A stretch of 64,000 nucleotides of DNA from Octopus sinensis (GCF_006345805.1 NC_042998.1:63054001-63118000); one strand, 5' to 3'. Shown: positions 39,641 to 53,783, counted from the first letter of the stretch. Numbers and translations are program-made. Notes: a model not told the origin generated them from the letters alone.

Positions 39641-41034
39641 AAAAGGGAGAAAAAGAAGAGAGAGAGAGAGAGAGAGGGGGATAGATAGATATATATATAT
39701 ATATAGAGAGAGAAAGAGTGAAATAGTGAGAGTGAAGAAAACGGAGAAAGAGAGTGATACGAAGAGGGAGAGGAAAAATAAAAAAGGAAACAAAATTGTG
39801 CATCTGTGCATATTTGCACATGATTTTTATATAAATTTAAATATGTTTATGTATATATAATTATGTATATATAATTAAATGTTTATATATGTATGCATAC
39901 ATGTATGTAAATATATGTGCTTGTGTATGCGTGTGTGCATACATCTTTTCATGGATATGTCTATTGACGTATATATAGACTTCATAAATATAATTTTGAA
40001 TTGATTGTATTTTAGGCTTGACTATTGCTGAACATCAGTTTCCATCATTCATATTGAATTACCTGATGTCTTTCAGGGATGCGGATGTAATATGGTGTGT
40101 GACTAGCATGAATATTTGGCAAGTTTATCGATGACGCATAAAGATATAAAGCGAAATCTGTGGAAATGGAAATGACAAAGTAAGATTAAGATCGCCCTAG
40201 GTACAACAATCATATTTAATATCTTCCGCCCGAAAACAGGCATGAATATCATATTTGGATATCTCATATATTCACATAATTAGCAAATATATCAGATTCT
40301 ATAGTATGCTGCTTGATAAAGAATGTTATTAAAATTTACGTAGTCATGGGCGGAAAGCCTTCCTCGGGTTTTTCTAGCCTGGTGATAAGAAGTGAGAAGA
40401 TTCCTTCCGACCAACTCCCTGACAAGTGTACATGCAATGGAACGCATTCTTGTAAAATTATTTTCACGTAGTGTTTCATAGAGGTTTTAGAAATAGCAGT
40501 TAAATAAATTAGTACGCAAGAACAGTTACATTCCCTCTCAAAGGATTTAATCGACCAAAGGTGTCGTGCTCTCCACTGGGACTTGGAACTGAAGCTTCGT
40601 ACATGCGAAACAAACTTCTCAAATGGGCAGCTATGGCTACTTAAATCATTAAAATCTTATGGGATTCAATGGAACCCCTCCATGCATTCTGTTCAATTTA
40701 TTTGGAACATAAATGAAGTATTGGAATTTGACGATGTGCTAGAGCGTATCTACGCGGACGTTTGACCTGTTAGAAATAGTAGCCAAAGCCTCTGAAATCA
40801 AATTTCGTTAAAAAGAGGAATGTTAAAACTGTTGTCATATCTACGATGCGGTGAATAAATTGTCTAAATTATGCAAAAAGGAAAAGATCACCATCTCATT
40901 TTAAGAGATATATTTAACAAAATTATATAAAAATGTCTCGAAATACTGAAGAGTAAATTTATTCAATAAAATCGCCATTGGCTTCAAGCACGGCTTCTAG
41001 AAAACTTCAGAATCTGCAACTCTTGTAAATGGTC

Positions 41035-41550
41035 TCCTTATTTAAGTTGGTGAATGCTGCAATAAACTTTGCCTTCAGTTCATCTTTGGTGTTACAAGGA
41101 GTTTTGTTGGTCTCTTGCTCAACTGCGCTCCACACAAATAAACAAGAGGGTTGCAGTGTGGGGAGTTAGGTGGCGAAATGTTAGGGGTGATGTGCTCGCA
41201 GAAATTGTCTGAAAGCCATAACTGGGTTTTCCTACTTGTGTGGCATGTTGCAGAATCCTGATACTAGAAACAGAATCTTCCAGCAGCCACCCTCTAGGCC
41301 TCGGTTCATACTCGTACATGTACGTGTTGGACCTTCTGGTGCTTCCTACTGGAGCTACCAGCGCGAATGCCAAGCAGTACAGCATGTCATTTTCAAATTT
41401 CTGGGAGAGTGATTTGCGCCATGGCGCTGCTTTTCTCACAGACGGTGCCCAATTGACCCTATTATACTGTGTAATCGAGAAAATGAAAAATAAACAATGC
41501 ACATGCACGAAATTAAAAATATAGAATGGTGACAATTTACCATCGCACGC
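41035..41550 (-). mobile_element. Second decayed maT-like (DD37-spaced) Tc1/mariner fragment
   Basis: QDSATCHTSRKTQLWLSDNFCEHITPNISPPNSPHCNPL; homologous to 18563-19300. Confidence 0.8.
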
Positions 41551-41886
41551 TGTATATATGCATATGCATGTATATATGTACACAACCGTGTATCTGTTGA
41601 TGCTTGTTAGTTTTAGGCGAAGTTATATATAAAGTTATATATAAAACAACTTTTACATTACCTTGAAAGGTACATCTTATTTTCATTAAGAAAAAGTGAT
41701 AGTAACCTCGAAATTTAGGCTACAAAAATACTGCATAGTCATTACTGGAACGCCTTTAACCATAGGTTTATTCAGTCAAGAGTAAAATTGGAGTAGATCC
41801 TTAGAAAAAGAACTAAGCTCACTCTTTTCTCTTGCAAAGAGCTGCTAATATCTTCAGCATTTTTTGCATGTAAACATGCTGAATAA

Positions 41887-41966
41887 TACAGTTCTATATT
41901 TATGACGTAGTGGTTAAGAGCGTGGACTACTAACCCCAAGATTCCGAGTTCGATTCCAGGGAGTGA

Positions 41967-42002
<36 letters not shown>

Positions 42003-42150
42003 TGATGATGATGATGATGATGATACATCGAAAAATACCTGAGGAATGAGAAACCGGGTTCGAAATTTCCCCAAGACACTTGATGAAGGTTGGAGGGTAT
42101 ATCAGCCGAAACGTGCTAATACGTTTGACAAATATCCGTCAGATATAGAT
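41887..42150 (+). mobile_element. tRNA-headed SINE with internal (AAT)n and an HHR-bearing 3' tail, copy 1
   Basis: A box TGACGTAGTGG 41903-41913; B box GAGTTCGATTCC 41946-41957; HHR-like ACAC-TTGATGA-A-GGTTG...CAGCC-GAAA-CGT 42076-42114. Confidence 0.75.
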
Positions 42151-43871
42151 TATATAAATAATGCTGGATGATGTTTTTTTTTATTTATATTTGGTAATTT
42201 CTTTTCTGGTTCATCAATAAACACATAACTCATTTTACTGGATACAAAGAATCCCGAAAACATTGCCTACTGGACCGAAATCAACGTTTTGGTACATAGC
42301 AACTGCAAATCGAACTTGGCTTGAAAAGTCTTCACGAAATAAGCCATCATCTCATCGAAAGTTCACCCACAGTTTTCTCGTCGCTAGATGGTATTTCCGA
42401 GATACGATTACGTAAGGTAACGCCATATAGACTCTCAATCATGAATAAAATAAGTTGAAAGAATAAAACTTTCGCTAAATAGTCAAATTTGCAGGCGGAC
42501 GTCGTACATGGAAATTGGTTGGATGTCTTTCGTTTAATGTTGATATTAATCAGAGTGTTAGACATAATTAGTAAGTAACGCAAGAACTGTCATCGGCTAG
42601 CAATATTCATATCAATGTCTCTCACTTGCTTCTCAGTTCACAGATACCCCCTCCTCCTCTCCCGTGTCACAGATCGATATCTTAATTAAAAAAGATGTCT
42701 GTCAAGTTCACTGAAGCTTCATGCTGTTTGCAAAGCTAATCGCTAGCACCGAATCACTGGACTAAAATGGAATGGACATTTCTAATTATCTTCATTGAGA
42801 GTTAACAGTACATTTGTTATTGCTAAAATCTGCTCTGCAATTTCGCAAGTTTACCATAACTACGAAGTGGCCTTTCAGTCACAGTGAATTGTATCGTGTT
42901 ATCTTTTCATCCGTGTGATCGTATAATCCGTAGAGACAAGCTTAATTCGAGACACATGTAGACACATTCAACGAATTAGAGAAATGCAGGAAGTCAATTA
43001 TATTTACGAAATCTGACAGCTATAGGAATTGGTGCAGATATACTTACTCTGAGAGACAGTGGCATAATTATAAAACCGAGCGAATATTCATTCGAAGTAT
43101 TTCTTTCTACTGTTGAGATAGAGTTTGAAGTTAGAAACGAGACAATATGTATATTGTCAGGTAATGGAAACATTGCAGAAATTGGTAACTGTTTTATCTG
43201 GTAATATTCTTAAATAAGCACAACATTATTTGTCACCATTATTGCTTGGAAACTTTATGCTAAAAGACCTTCTCTGGATAAATCTAGCTTGGTGTAAATA
43301 AGTTAGAAAGAGTTTGGTCGTCCATGAGGAATTCCCGGTTGTTGTATTTGAGCAGCGCTGCCCAGGAAATAGGACAACATGCCCTGAGTAGAGTTTAAAC
43401 ATTTGACTGTGAATGTTTCCGAAGCGACCATTTATATTGATGTCACTAAGTTCAGAAGAATTGGTAAATGTCACCTCTATGTATATGTAAACTTGGAAAA
43501 CTGAAATAACTAAATAATTACACTAGTTACAATGGTGGTCTATCATTTGCTTTTTCTCAAACCCAAGGGATAATCTATTTAAAGAAGACCTACACATCTG
43601 TGAAAGTGGGGTTTAGCACCTGTGAAATAATACTGAGGTGCTAGCTATGGTTGTCATTCATATTAGAATATAAATTTCCTGCATTGTCACGACAATCTTT
43701 TAAATAAAGATCCAAGTAATGGCCTGTTGGCATGAATACAGTTATAATTTTCAATAATTTAATTTCTCAGATTGTGACGTACACAATGTATCCATGAAAA
43801 GCAAATTTCCCGCCTTCTTGATATTTGTGATATATCAACTGATTGTTTTTTGTGTGGTACATTGAGTCGCC

Positions 43872-44085
43872 ATAGAGGCGCGTGGCCTAGTGGTTAGAGT
43901 GTTGGAATCATGATCGTAAGAATGTCTGTTCGATTCCTGGATCGAGCGACGCGTAGTGTTAGCTGGCGAAAATGAGTAATCTTGCGACGGACCGGGGTCC
44001 TGTCAAGGTAAGTGTTATATACTCCATAGAAACCGGGAAACCGGCCCTCATTAGCCTGGCGTGACTCGAGAAGGAAACATTTTTT
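43872..44085 (+). mobile_element. tRNA-derived SINE
   Basis: GAGGCGCGTGGCCTAGTGGTTAGAGTG...GTTCGATTCC head; sister of 58830-59060. Confidence 0.75.
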
Positions 44086-44940
44086 ATTGAGTGGTGATAA
44101 TGTAAAGTCTTTGCTAAAACTAATATCCCTTTGTATTTTATAGTATACAAGAATTATTGTTATATAACGTTGAGAGCAGTTGTGTGGCCAAGCTCTAATC
44201 CTGACCGATCCATAAAAGAAAGCGCTGTAGACATGAGCGACCAGATTTAGTTTGAACAGAATTTCTTGAGCTAAAAAATACAATCTATACGTCTTTTCTC
44301 ATGACGGCAGATTTTAAGAAGGATGAACTACTATATCTATCAAGTCAAGCAATTATGTCTTTTGTTGAAAATATATGAAAATACACTTCCTTGAGTCACG
44401 CTTTATAAACAAGTATTTTGTGGTCAGTCAGCATTGGTCAGTTACCGCTATACTGCATCGGAGTGAATTTCTATCTGCAAAATCTAAGATATACATACTA
44501 TTTTTGTACCTGTTCGAAAGGACCATTCTCTGTGATTCATATCTTTACCTCATCCCTTTCGAGATCCTTTGAAGTAATAGAATTATGCTTTAAAATCTGA
44601 AAAAGCGACTTAATTTCCCCCCCACATTACGATGTAGAAATAACACAAATACTAAAATATTACCAAGCCACAGCATTATATGTTGTAATTATATTGAATA
44701 CTTGGTGTATTTTAAAATAAATTAATTTGTGCACTTTTACTGTAGTTTGATAGATGTAGGGAAAAATACTAAAGCAATACAACTGAGTAATCAACGTTGA
44801 CGGAGTTTAGAAGAATATATTTTTCGAATCACTTGTTCTCTTGTTGAAGAAGACCATCTTACACTTAGCACATAATCAGAAAGAGATATTTAATGCATGG
44901 ATCCTAATGTACAACAATTCTATTTACATTATTATTATAA

Positions 44941-45443
44941 CTGAGTGAGAGAGCAGTGCGTACCATCAAAATGACACTCAGGTACAAATATACGAAGCCC
45001 AGTCTGATAAGGGTACACCAGGTACATGCATCACAACCATATGTGCGTGACATGCTGATCTCATATCAAGATAAACTCCACATGACCTTGCAGGTGAGAC
45101 CCAGTTAGAATTTTCATCAGCTCCAGTAGCCCATATCCCTCAAAATGTCCCTGAATAAGGGTTGTTTAAGGATGTTGGAGGAAACACCCATGTTTTCAAA
45201 GGTGAATTATCCAAACCCCAAAGAAATTCAACGCATATATATGATGCTTCCCCACTACTTCTGCCCGTGATCAGAGATGCAGATATCATCAACTACTAAG
45301 GGAAATGCTCAACCGGTTAATTTGTGGTATTGAGCAGAATATTTTAAGTAGCCCCTCTTTTATACCAAGACAAATGAATGTTCATGATGACACTTCAGAT
45401 CAGTTAAAATCAGAAGCCATGACAGCAACAGCCTGGTACTGTA
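44941..45443 (-). mobile_element. About 520-550-bp non-coding interspersed repeat X with (AAT)n tail
   Basis: Homologous to 47913-48430 (-) and 54808-55365 (+); ends CTCTCTCACTCA-(AT)AATAAT. Confidence 0.8.
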
Positions 45444-45468
45444 TATTATTATTATTATTATTATTATT

Positions 45469-47801
45469 CAGTAGTTTTATTTTTATAGCGTGCTTTCACT
45501 TCACTACCGAGCGCAGCTCTGTGTGTCTTGGGTATGTGCTGTGATTTGTTGTGATGCTCTGATGGTTATTGTATGGAAAGTGTTCTGCGTAGGATGTGTG
45601 CAGTGCCTAGTAGTGCAATTTTCTGTATGTTTATGTGTTTGTAAGTCCTGGTGTTTTTGTTATGTATTTGTCTGAATATTTTTTATCATGCCTAATGCAC
45701 CTACTATGATAGGAATTGATTCTGTTTTCAGGTTCCACATTCTAGTTACCTCTATTTCCAGGTCTTTGTATTTTGAGAGTTTCTCCATTTCTTTAGAGAC
45801 ACGTTGTCATCTGCCGGTATTGATACATCAATTAGAAAGCATTTTTTTTCTTCATGATCTCTGACAACTATATCTGGTCTGTTGGCCTTAATTTCTCTAT
45901 CTGTGTGTATCGGCATATCCCAGAGTATGGTTGCTTTCTCGTTTTCTGTGACCTTTTCTGGTGTGTGCCTATACCATCTTTTTTCTGTTGTTATTCCATA
46001 ATGTTGGCATAGCTTCCAATGTATGTAGGTTCCAACTCTGTCATGTCTGTGAATATATTCCTTCTTAGCCAGGACTGGGCAGCTAGAGATAATAATTTAT
46101 TGTTTCTTGTCCATCTCCACATATTCTGCGTTTACTTGTAATATTTCTTTTCATTACATGTTTTTGGTAATTTCTGGTGGGGAGGCTTTGGTCTTGTGCT
46201 GCAATTAAAAATCCCTCTGTTTCTGATTTGAGTCCTGAGCTTCTCACCATTGCTGGGATTTTTCTTTGTCTATTTCTTTTGCGTTTAGTTTAGTGCAGTA
46301 TTTACCATGAAGGGGCTTTTCTTGCCATCGTTTTATCATGGCTCGTTGCTGTTCTATTTTTAGTTTTGATTTCATTTGTTTTATAGCTTTTGTTGTTTCT
46401 TCATCATCTTCTCTCTTCTTCTTCTTTGTGTTTATTAGGTGGTATGATTTCTTGTTTGTATTTGTCAGCTTCCTTAAATACTGAGAACAGTTTTTTGTTT
46501 TGCTCGTTTTTTGCTGCTATCTGGATCAGTTTTCCTTCCTTCTGAAGTAGGTATTTTGCAGTCCTATGGTGGTTATTTTATAGTAGTTTTCCAGCTGTAT
46601 AAGGCCTCTACCACCTTCTATATGTTGTATATATAGTCTTTCTATGTCAGATTTTGGGTGATGCATCCTAGATCCTGTCAGTATTTTTCTTGTTTTCCTA
46701 TCTATTTTGGACAGTTCATTTCGTGTCCAGTTAAGGATATTGTAGCTGTAACATATAACTGGACAGCTAAAGTGTTGATACCTATTATCTTGTTTTTAGC
46801 ATTGAGCTCTGTTTTTAGTATTGATCTAACTCGTCTATAATATTCTTTTTTTTTCTCTTCATTTGTGTGTGTTGTGTCTTATCTAGTTCATGGTTTCCTA
46901 AGTATTTGTAAGTTTGGCTTTGGTCTAATTCTTTTATTTCATTGGTTTTATCTAGTGTGATGTTGTTACTCTTAACTAGTTTTCCTCTTTTCATGGTTAC
47001 TTTGGCGCATTTTTCTAATCAAAATTTCATATATATTTCTTTGGTAAATCCATGAATTGTCTTTAATAGTGTTTCCAGCTGTTTGTCATTTGCAGCGTAT
47101 AGTTTTAGGTCATCCATATATAAAAGGTGGCTGATCGTTTTGCCGTAACATTTATATCCGCATCCAGTTCTATTTAGCATATCAGATAGAGTGACAGTGC
47201 CAAGCAGAAAAGGAGTGGAGAGAGCGTATCTCCCTGGAATATTCCTCTTCTAATGGGGATGTCTTTGGTTTTCATGAGTCCCTCTTTTGTTTGGAGGTGT
47301 AGGACTGTTTGCCATTTATTCATAGAGTGCTCTATGAATTTTATGATTGTTGGTGCTACTTTGTTAATGGCTAGTGTTTCGAGGATCCATGTGTGGGGGA
47401 TGCTATCAAACGCCTTTTTGTAGTCAATCCAGGCCATACTGAGGCCTTTCTTCTTTCTGTGGCTGTCTTCAGTTACAGCTTTATTAATCATTAGTTGATC
47501 TTTACAGCCATATGAGCCTTTGCGGCATCCTTTCTGCTCTTCTGGGAACACTTTGTTTTCGTCCAGGTGCTTGTTCAGCCTTTGCGATATCACTGCAGTA
47601 AATGCCTTGAATATAGTAGGGAGGCAGGTTATTGGTCTGTAGTTTTCTGGTTTTGTTGTTTCATTTGATTTGGGAATTAAGATGGTTTTCTCCTTCGTGA
47701 GCCATTCAGGCATTGTCTCTGGCTCTGCTAGTATGCTGTTAAAGTTTTCAGCCAGCTTTTTGTGCATTCCTGTAAGATATTTCAACCAGAAGTTGGGGAT
47801 C

Positions 47802-47803
<2 letters not shown>
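45469..47803 (-). mobile_element. 5'-truncated R4/Dong-clade LINE, largely intact RT and RLE, frameshift near 47180
   Basis: YRPITCLPT, WIDYKKAFDSIPH, RGIFQGDTLSPLLFCLAL; YMDDLKLY at about 47098-47121; CPVLAKKEYIHRHDRVG; RPDIVVRD...LIDVSIP. (AAT)n tail at 45445-45468. Confidence 0.95.
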
Positions 47804-47892
<89 letters not shown>

Positions 47893-47912
47893 CATTATTA
47901 TCATTATTATTA

Positions 47913-48430
47913 TTGAGTGAGAGAGCAATGCATGCCATCAAAGTGACAGTGGGGTAAAATATACGAAGCCCAGTATACCCATCATGACTACCCGTCTGAT
48001 AAGGGTACACTAGGCACAGACATCATAACCATATGTGCGCAACACGATAAACAACACATGACCTTGCACGTGGGACCCAGTTAGAATTTTCATCAGCTCC
48101 AGTAGCCCATATTCCTCAAAAGGTCCCTGAATAAGGGTTGTTTCAGGATGTTGAACGAAACACACATTTTTCCAGGGGTGAATTATCCAAACCCCAAATA
48201 ATCCCTCTCAAAACATGGCTATGATGTTCCCGCACTACGTCTGTTCGTGATCAGAGATGCACATATCGTCAGCTACTAAGGGACATGCTCAACTGTTAAG
48301 ATCAAACGACTGACAAGTAAATCTGTGGTATTGAGCAGATACGAAGACAAAACAATATACATGATAACAGTGCCTATTAGGTAAGATCAGCAGCCGTGAG
48401 AGCCACTGCCTGGTACAGCATCAGGGCATT
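47913..48430 (-). mobile_element. Repeat X, copy 2
   Basis: Homology to 44941-45443 and 54808-55365. Confidence 0.8.
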
Positions 48431-48954
48431 ATTATCTATCTTCTGCAGGAAACAGCCCATCGAGGCAGCTGGAAACTGATGTTTATTAGCCCGCTCTCTT
48501 TGCAGATCAGTTCACTGGGCAATTTCTGAAGCGGTCTTTTCCTGTCTCCACTGGGCCTTCTCCCTCGGCCCTATCACATTCTGTCAAAATGCTATCATAA
48601 GTTATTCTATAGAATACATTATGATAAACTTATTTTATGCTATATAAATTTTACATTAGAAGTAATGATGCTGTTAAATTTATCAGCCATTTATAGAATC
48701 AGTTTATATTAAACTAGTTTGTATTAAAATGATTTATGTTGTTATATTAGCCGGCCATCATCAATTATTCAATTGTTATTTTCATTAATACTTAATCATT
48801 TTCGGGAATTAATTAAGAAATATTTACAAATTAAGAGTAGATCTGACAATAATTTGTTTAAATACACGTCACACGATTTTCAGCTGACTTTATGAGACGA
48901 CAATTATGTTTTAATTTGTCCAGATGGTAGAAGATATTTGCACGAGTAATTTTA

Positions 48955-49345
48955 CTGCGGCACTTCGTCGGTTACGACGACGAGGGTTACAGTTGATCCA
49001 ATCAACGGAACAGCCTGCTCGTGAAATTAACGTGTAAGTGGCTGATCACTCCACAGACACATATACCCTTAACGTAGTTCTCGGGGGAGATTCAGCGTGA
49101 CACAGAATGTGACAAGGCTAGCCCTTTGAAATACAGGTACAACAGAAAGAGGAAGACAGAATGAGAGAAAGTTGTGGTGAAAGAGTACAGCAGGGTTTGC
49201 CCCCACCCCCCGCCTACCGGGGCCTCGTGGAGCTTTAAGTGTTTTCGCTCAATAAACACTCACAACGCCCGTTCTGGGAATCGAAACTGTGATCCTATGA
49301 TCGTGAGCCCGCTGCCCTAACTACTGGGCTATTGCACTTCCACTC
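48955..49345 (-). mobile_element. tRNA-derived SINE (further family)
   Basis: Reverse complement head GGAAGTGCAATAGCCCAGTAGTTAGGGCAGC...AGTTTCGATTCCC; the 3' part matches about 11810-11900. Confidence 0.75.
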
Positions 49346-49634
49346 ACGAGTAATATTGCTGCATAGAAATAGGCTTATGCTCGCAATATATATGCTTGGT
49401 CTTCGAAATATTACCGCGTTTCCATACAGTTGCCACTTAAGAATGTCACCCAGAAGACATTAATATATTTGAAACTAATGGTAGGGAAGTTGAACCGAAC
49501 CCCAAACTGCTTTGTTGCAATTTAGTGTAGTTTTCATTTTGTAACGATCTTAATTATCAAAATGAAACTGCAAATATGACATACTATGAATTGGTACAAT
49601 GTGGTGTACTTCTCTGAGATTACTGAATTGAATA

Positions 49635-49800
49635 TTCGTTTCTGTTGTAGGCACAGGGCCCAAAATTTTTGGGGAGGGGGATAGTCGATTAGATCGATCC
49701 TAGTACGCAGCTGGTACTTAATTGATCGACTCTGAAAGGATGAAAGGCAAAGTCGACTGCGGCGGAATTTGAACTCAGAGCGTAAAGACAGACGAAATAC
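49635..49800 (-). mobile_element. tRNA-derived SINE (abundant family)
   Basis: GGATGAAAGGCAAAGTCGAC...GGAATTTGAACTCAGAG. Confidence 0.8.
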
Positions 49801-49989
49801 CAATTTCTTTTTTGCCCACAGGGGGCCAAGCCCAGACATGAACAAATCAATTGATTGGGATCAATAATATGTTATGATTTTACATAAAATATGAATATAA
49901 ATATTATATAAAATATAAAGAAATTGAATGAAATTAACAATACAGAGACGAAACAAATGAAGCGATGATCAAGCCACGCTCCGACCCCA

Positions 49990-51070
49990 CAAGCCCCGAT
50001 CTATCGCTGGTACATTTATTTTGTTCTTCTTTTATAGCCTATGCACATGGTTCCTTGAACGCACAACATTCGTGCAACATGCTTCCATCTCTTTAGGAAA
50101 GTACACCCCGAAGACACCTCTTCTCCAGCAACACCTTCCTTTTCAAATGAAAAGTAAAAGATGATCGCAAATCGTGACCGGAGATAAAGTTGCTTGTCTT
50201 AATGCGTTTTATCCTAGTCTTTCACTCTGCTTCTTTCACTATTGCTACAACCGTGAAAAAATAATTATTACCTTCGTTTGTTAAAACTTGCGGTGGGTCA
50301 AGTTTGATAATTGACTCAGTCGACAGCCCACATTTCAGATATCTCCGTTCACTGGACAATAGCGTGAGGGACGGTTTCCCTGTGTCCCCCGCATCTTGGC
50401 CAGGTCAGAGACTGACGTTTACCATGTCTTGCGAGCTTATCCCAAATGGGTAAGGAACCTATGTAACATTGCCAGGTTAAGGTCTTTTAAAAGTTGTCCG
50501 ACGTTCTCAACCGGAATGTACGATGGAAAAGGCTGTCCAGTTGAATATATCCGAGACCAAGAGTCGCCCCCAGGCCATCGTCACATTCAGACTCTACCAA
50601 CCCACTATATAAAATTCGTGTAGAACCCCCACCTCTGGCGTTGCCCGAGCGCCGGAACAACAGGACGGCCTTACGGCACTCTTTATGCTATTCACTCGAC
50701 CTCGGTCTTACGAAAACGCCAGGCTTCTTGTTCGCAAAAGCTTTTGAACTCGGGAGCATCCAGAGAGGCCTTAACCTCAACGCATGCCTGCGCATCATTA
50801 ACCAAGGCATCCCTAAACGGCTTTTGACAGCAGACAGAGCGTTTCGCAAGTGGCGACCTGCCTTTCCCCCAAAACCGAAAGAGTTGTCTCTCCAACCTGA
50901 TCAACCACGAATCCGAACAGGGCACGACGGTCAGGGGGTAGGTAATGGCCGATGTGATAAACACATTGGCCACCTCCGCTCTCTCTTTCAGGGATAGCCA
51001 CTGCCAAGACCAGGTCTTGACTACTGCAAGCACCCTGCTCAATACCTCCGTCCAGTTCTTCTCTATTTGG
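49990..51070 (-). mobile_element. Decayed Tx1/L1-like LINE 3' fragment
   Basis: LSLKERAEVANVFITSAITYPLTVVPC...LERQLFRFWGKGRSPLAKRSVCCQKP post-RT region; C-terminal ETVPHAIVQ zinc-knuckle-like segment. Confidence 0.7.
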
Positions 51071-51753
51071 AGAGATAGGTGAAAAAATTACACGTTTCAC
51101 TCACCAGCCTATCCCCTCTCCCCTATATCTGCAATCTCCCCCATGCTTCCCCTTCAATAGTCTCCTCTCCTTCCTCCCCTTCCCATACTTCCATCCCCTC
51201 CTATCCCTTCCACTTCAACTAACCGCGTGGAAGCGTTACGGACGGGTTAAATAATGGTGTGACAAGACGATTTATCATGTACTGTGGTTGATTTGTGCGA
51301 CTAAAATCAGTGAAAGCCATCCTCCAGCCCAGTCGCTGTGAAAACGAAAGATGAAGGTGTTCGCAATAAAATGAAATAAAATAAAGCGACAATAGTGAAG
51401 TGACAATTTGCGTGGTGAAGTGACAACTTGCGAAACCCACAGCAACACACATACAACTGCACATCATTTTGAGTACAACATATGAAGTCAAATAATACTT
51501 CGTTTGATATTCTTCATTGGCACGATATTCTATATTTATAAGTTGACAAATGTTGACAGGTATGATCGAAATGCCATCCTTTTAAGTGACATTCAGTAGG
51601 ATATAAATGTTCATCATCTTTACTTAGAGTTTCCTCTGTAATTATATTCCACGTCACTAATATATCATATCCTTTCTCAGAGATTTAATCAGTCCTTTAC
51701 ACATACTATTTCTGTTTCTCATTTATATTTCCAATTACTACCTATACCTGTTA

Positions 51754-51787
<34 letters not shown>

Positions 51788-51789
<2 letters not shown>

Positions 51790-52400
51790 TAACAGTTCAA
51801 AATTCCCAAAAGCAGAAAAATAGCATTCAGCCAACACATATATTTGCGCCAATAACAACAATCCAAGCTTCAGAATTTCTCCCCTCTAGAAATTCAGTGA
51901 CGATACAACCTGTATCCAACGAATTAGTAAAGAGACTCTCTTTATTACACTGCTTTCTTTCTTTCTCTCTTTCCCTCTGTAATCCTCTATTTTATCCATT
52001 TTCTCCTCCTTCTTTGCTGTCCCCTATTTTTCTCCCACTTCCTAAAATCTTTCGTTCATTCTCCCTTCTCCTCACTTCCTTTGTTTCGTTCCCTTATCCT
52101 CTCTCTGTCCCGCTTACCGCATGTTGCTTACACGTGACTACAGGTCCTTTGTTCCAACCCTGTCTTTTCTAGATAATACATTCATCGGGCTGGACGTCAT
52201 TTCTCTCACCTGCCGTCATTTTCTTCTCTTCCACTATTTTCTTCTCTCCTCTTTATGCTATTTCCTTAAAAAAAATTTTCCCAGGCGTTATCCATTACAT
52301 GTCATCTTGGCCTAAAGGACATACTGTTTGTCTTCGTCGATTGTTTACTTTGTTCGTCAACTTTGTTGTTGTTTGTTCGTTCGAAGACCTAATTCTCCAC
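51788..52400 (+). pseudogene. 5'-truncated PLE: C-terminal part of GIY-YIG endonuclease plus pyrimidine-rich 3' UTR
   Basis: IPKSRKIAFSQHI / CANNNNPSFRISPL*KFSDDTTCIQRISKETLFI (one frameshift), homologous to the 9000-9150 remnant. Begins at a (TA)n run. Confidence 0.6.
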
Positions 52401-52820
52401 AAGTTTTATATTTTCAAAATTTGTGGATGAAATTCTTCTTTTATCTCATTAAAAGCACAAAATAGATAGCAGTAAAACAGTCGACAACTGACGAGCGAGT
52501 TATCTTCTTATGGTATATTCTCCTGTAATTATCTCTCGTTTGTTTACGTAATTTTCAGTCGCTGGTGATGTCCAGAACTTAATGTGTATTGTTTGTATAT
52601 TTTAAAATTTTTAATCAAACGCCACGTAGTCTTGTCGACAGTAATTTCTTACACATATATATACGTGTGTGAGTGTTTATTTACACATATACAGAAACAC
52701 ACACACACACACATATCGACTAAACCGGGAAACATGACCTGTGGTCAGGAAGCAAGCTTTTTACCACACAGCCAGGCATGCGCCTATCTATCAACCAATC
52801 TATCTGTCTATCTATCTATA

Positions 52821-52971
<151 letters not shown>

Positions 52972-53009
52972 TTACATATATATGTATGAGTATATATATG
53001 TACACCCAT

Positions 53010-53041
<32 letters not shown>

Positions 53042-53093
53042 CACACACATATATATATATACATACACATACGTACACACGCACACACACACG

Positions 53094-53124
<31 letters not shown>

Positions 53125-53725
53125 ACATATATATATATATAAATGCACACACATATGTATATACATATTTATACACATGCATCAAATGCCCTACTTTTTC
53201 ATGCTGGAAACACTCGGAAAACTAAGATTTGTTATAAACCATTGATTTTTACCACTCTTTACCACTGTATAGTCAAGTCTAAGTAATCAACTTTCTTTAT
53301 CTCGTGCTAAACTTAAATCGAGTCAGTTCCAATCAAGATTGAATAAATTTCGTTATAGATCCAACTCGACAACTATAATGTTTTGTGGCGGATATTAAAA
53401 AACAAAAAACAAAAACGAAATAGAAACAAAACACATTAACAAACCCTCATCAATTTTTAAAATTCGCCTCCAGCCGTTCTTGCTATTCAAGTTTTTGCAT
53501 TCATCAGACATTCCCACTCCTTATACACATACACACAATCACAATCTATCTATATATCTATCTATACACACACATATATATGTACTAATGCATATATATA
53601 TAAGTATATATATATATATATATACATGCATACATATGTCTCCGTATATGTTCGTCTCTATATAAATGTATTTATCTATATCTATTTATCGATCTATAAA
53701 TATGCATATATATATATATATACAC

Positions 53726-53783
<58 letters not shown>

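Noticed and set aside
43226-43474. 82-aa ORF in unique sequence as a host exon
   Set aside because: No recognisable homology or convincing splice pair.
47804-48010. N-terminal extension of the 278-aa ORF 47174-48010
   Set aside because: It runs through repeat X and the (AAT)n tract; only 47174-47803 is LINE RT.
48240-48280. CTGACGA/CTGAAGA box inside repeat X as a hammerhead
   Set aside because: No GAAA, stem III or NUH arrangement follows in any of the three copies.
44941-48430. LTR retrotransposon formed by two X copies flanking an RT
   Set aside because: The internal RT/RLE is non-LTR R4/Dong type, AAT runs separate the parts, there are no TG..CA ends, and X occurs independently at 54808.
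51890-51930. GATAC-AACCT-GTATC hairpin as an HHR stem II
   Set aside because: It lies within the PLE endonuclease coding remnant and lacks the core boxes.
53460-53515. - strand CTGATGA-ATGC...GCAA-GAAC motif
   Set aside because: GAAC instead of GAAA, and no stem III or stem I partner.
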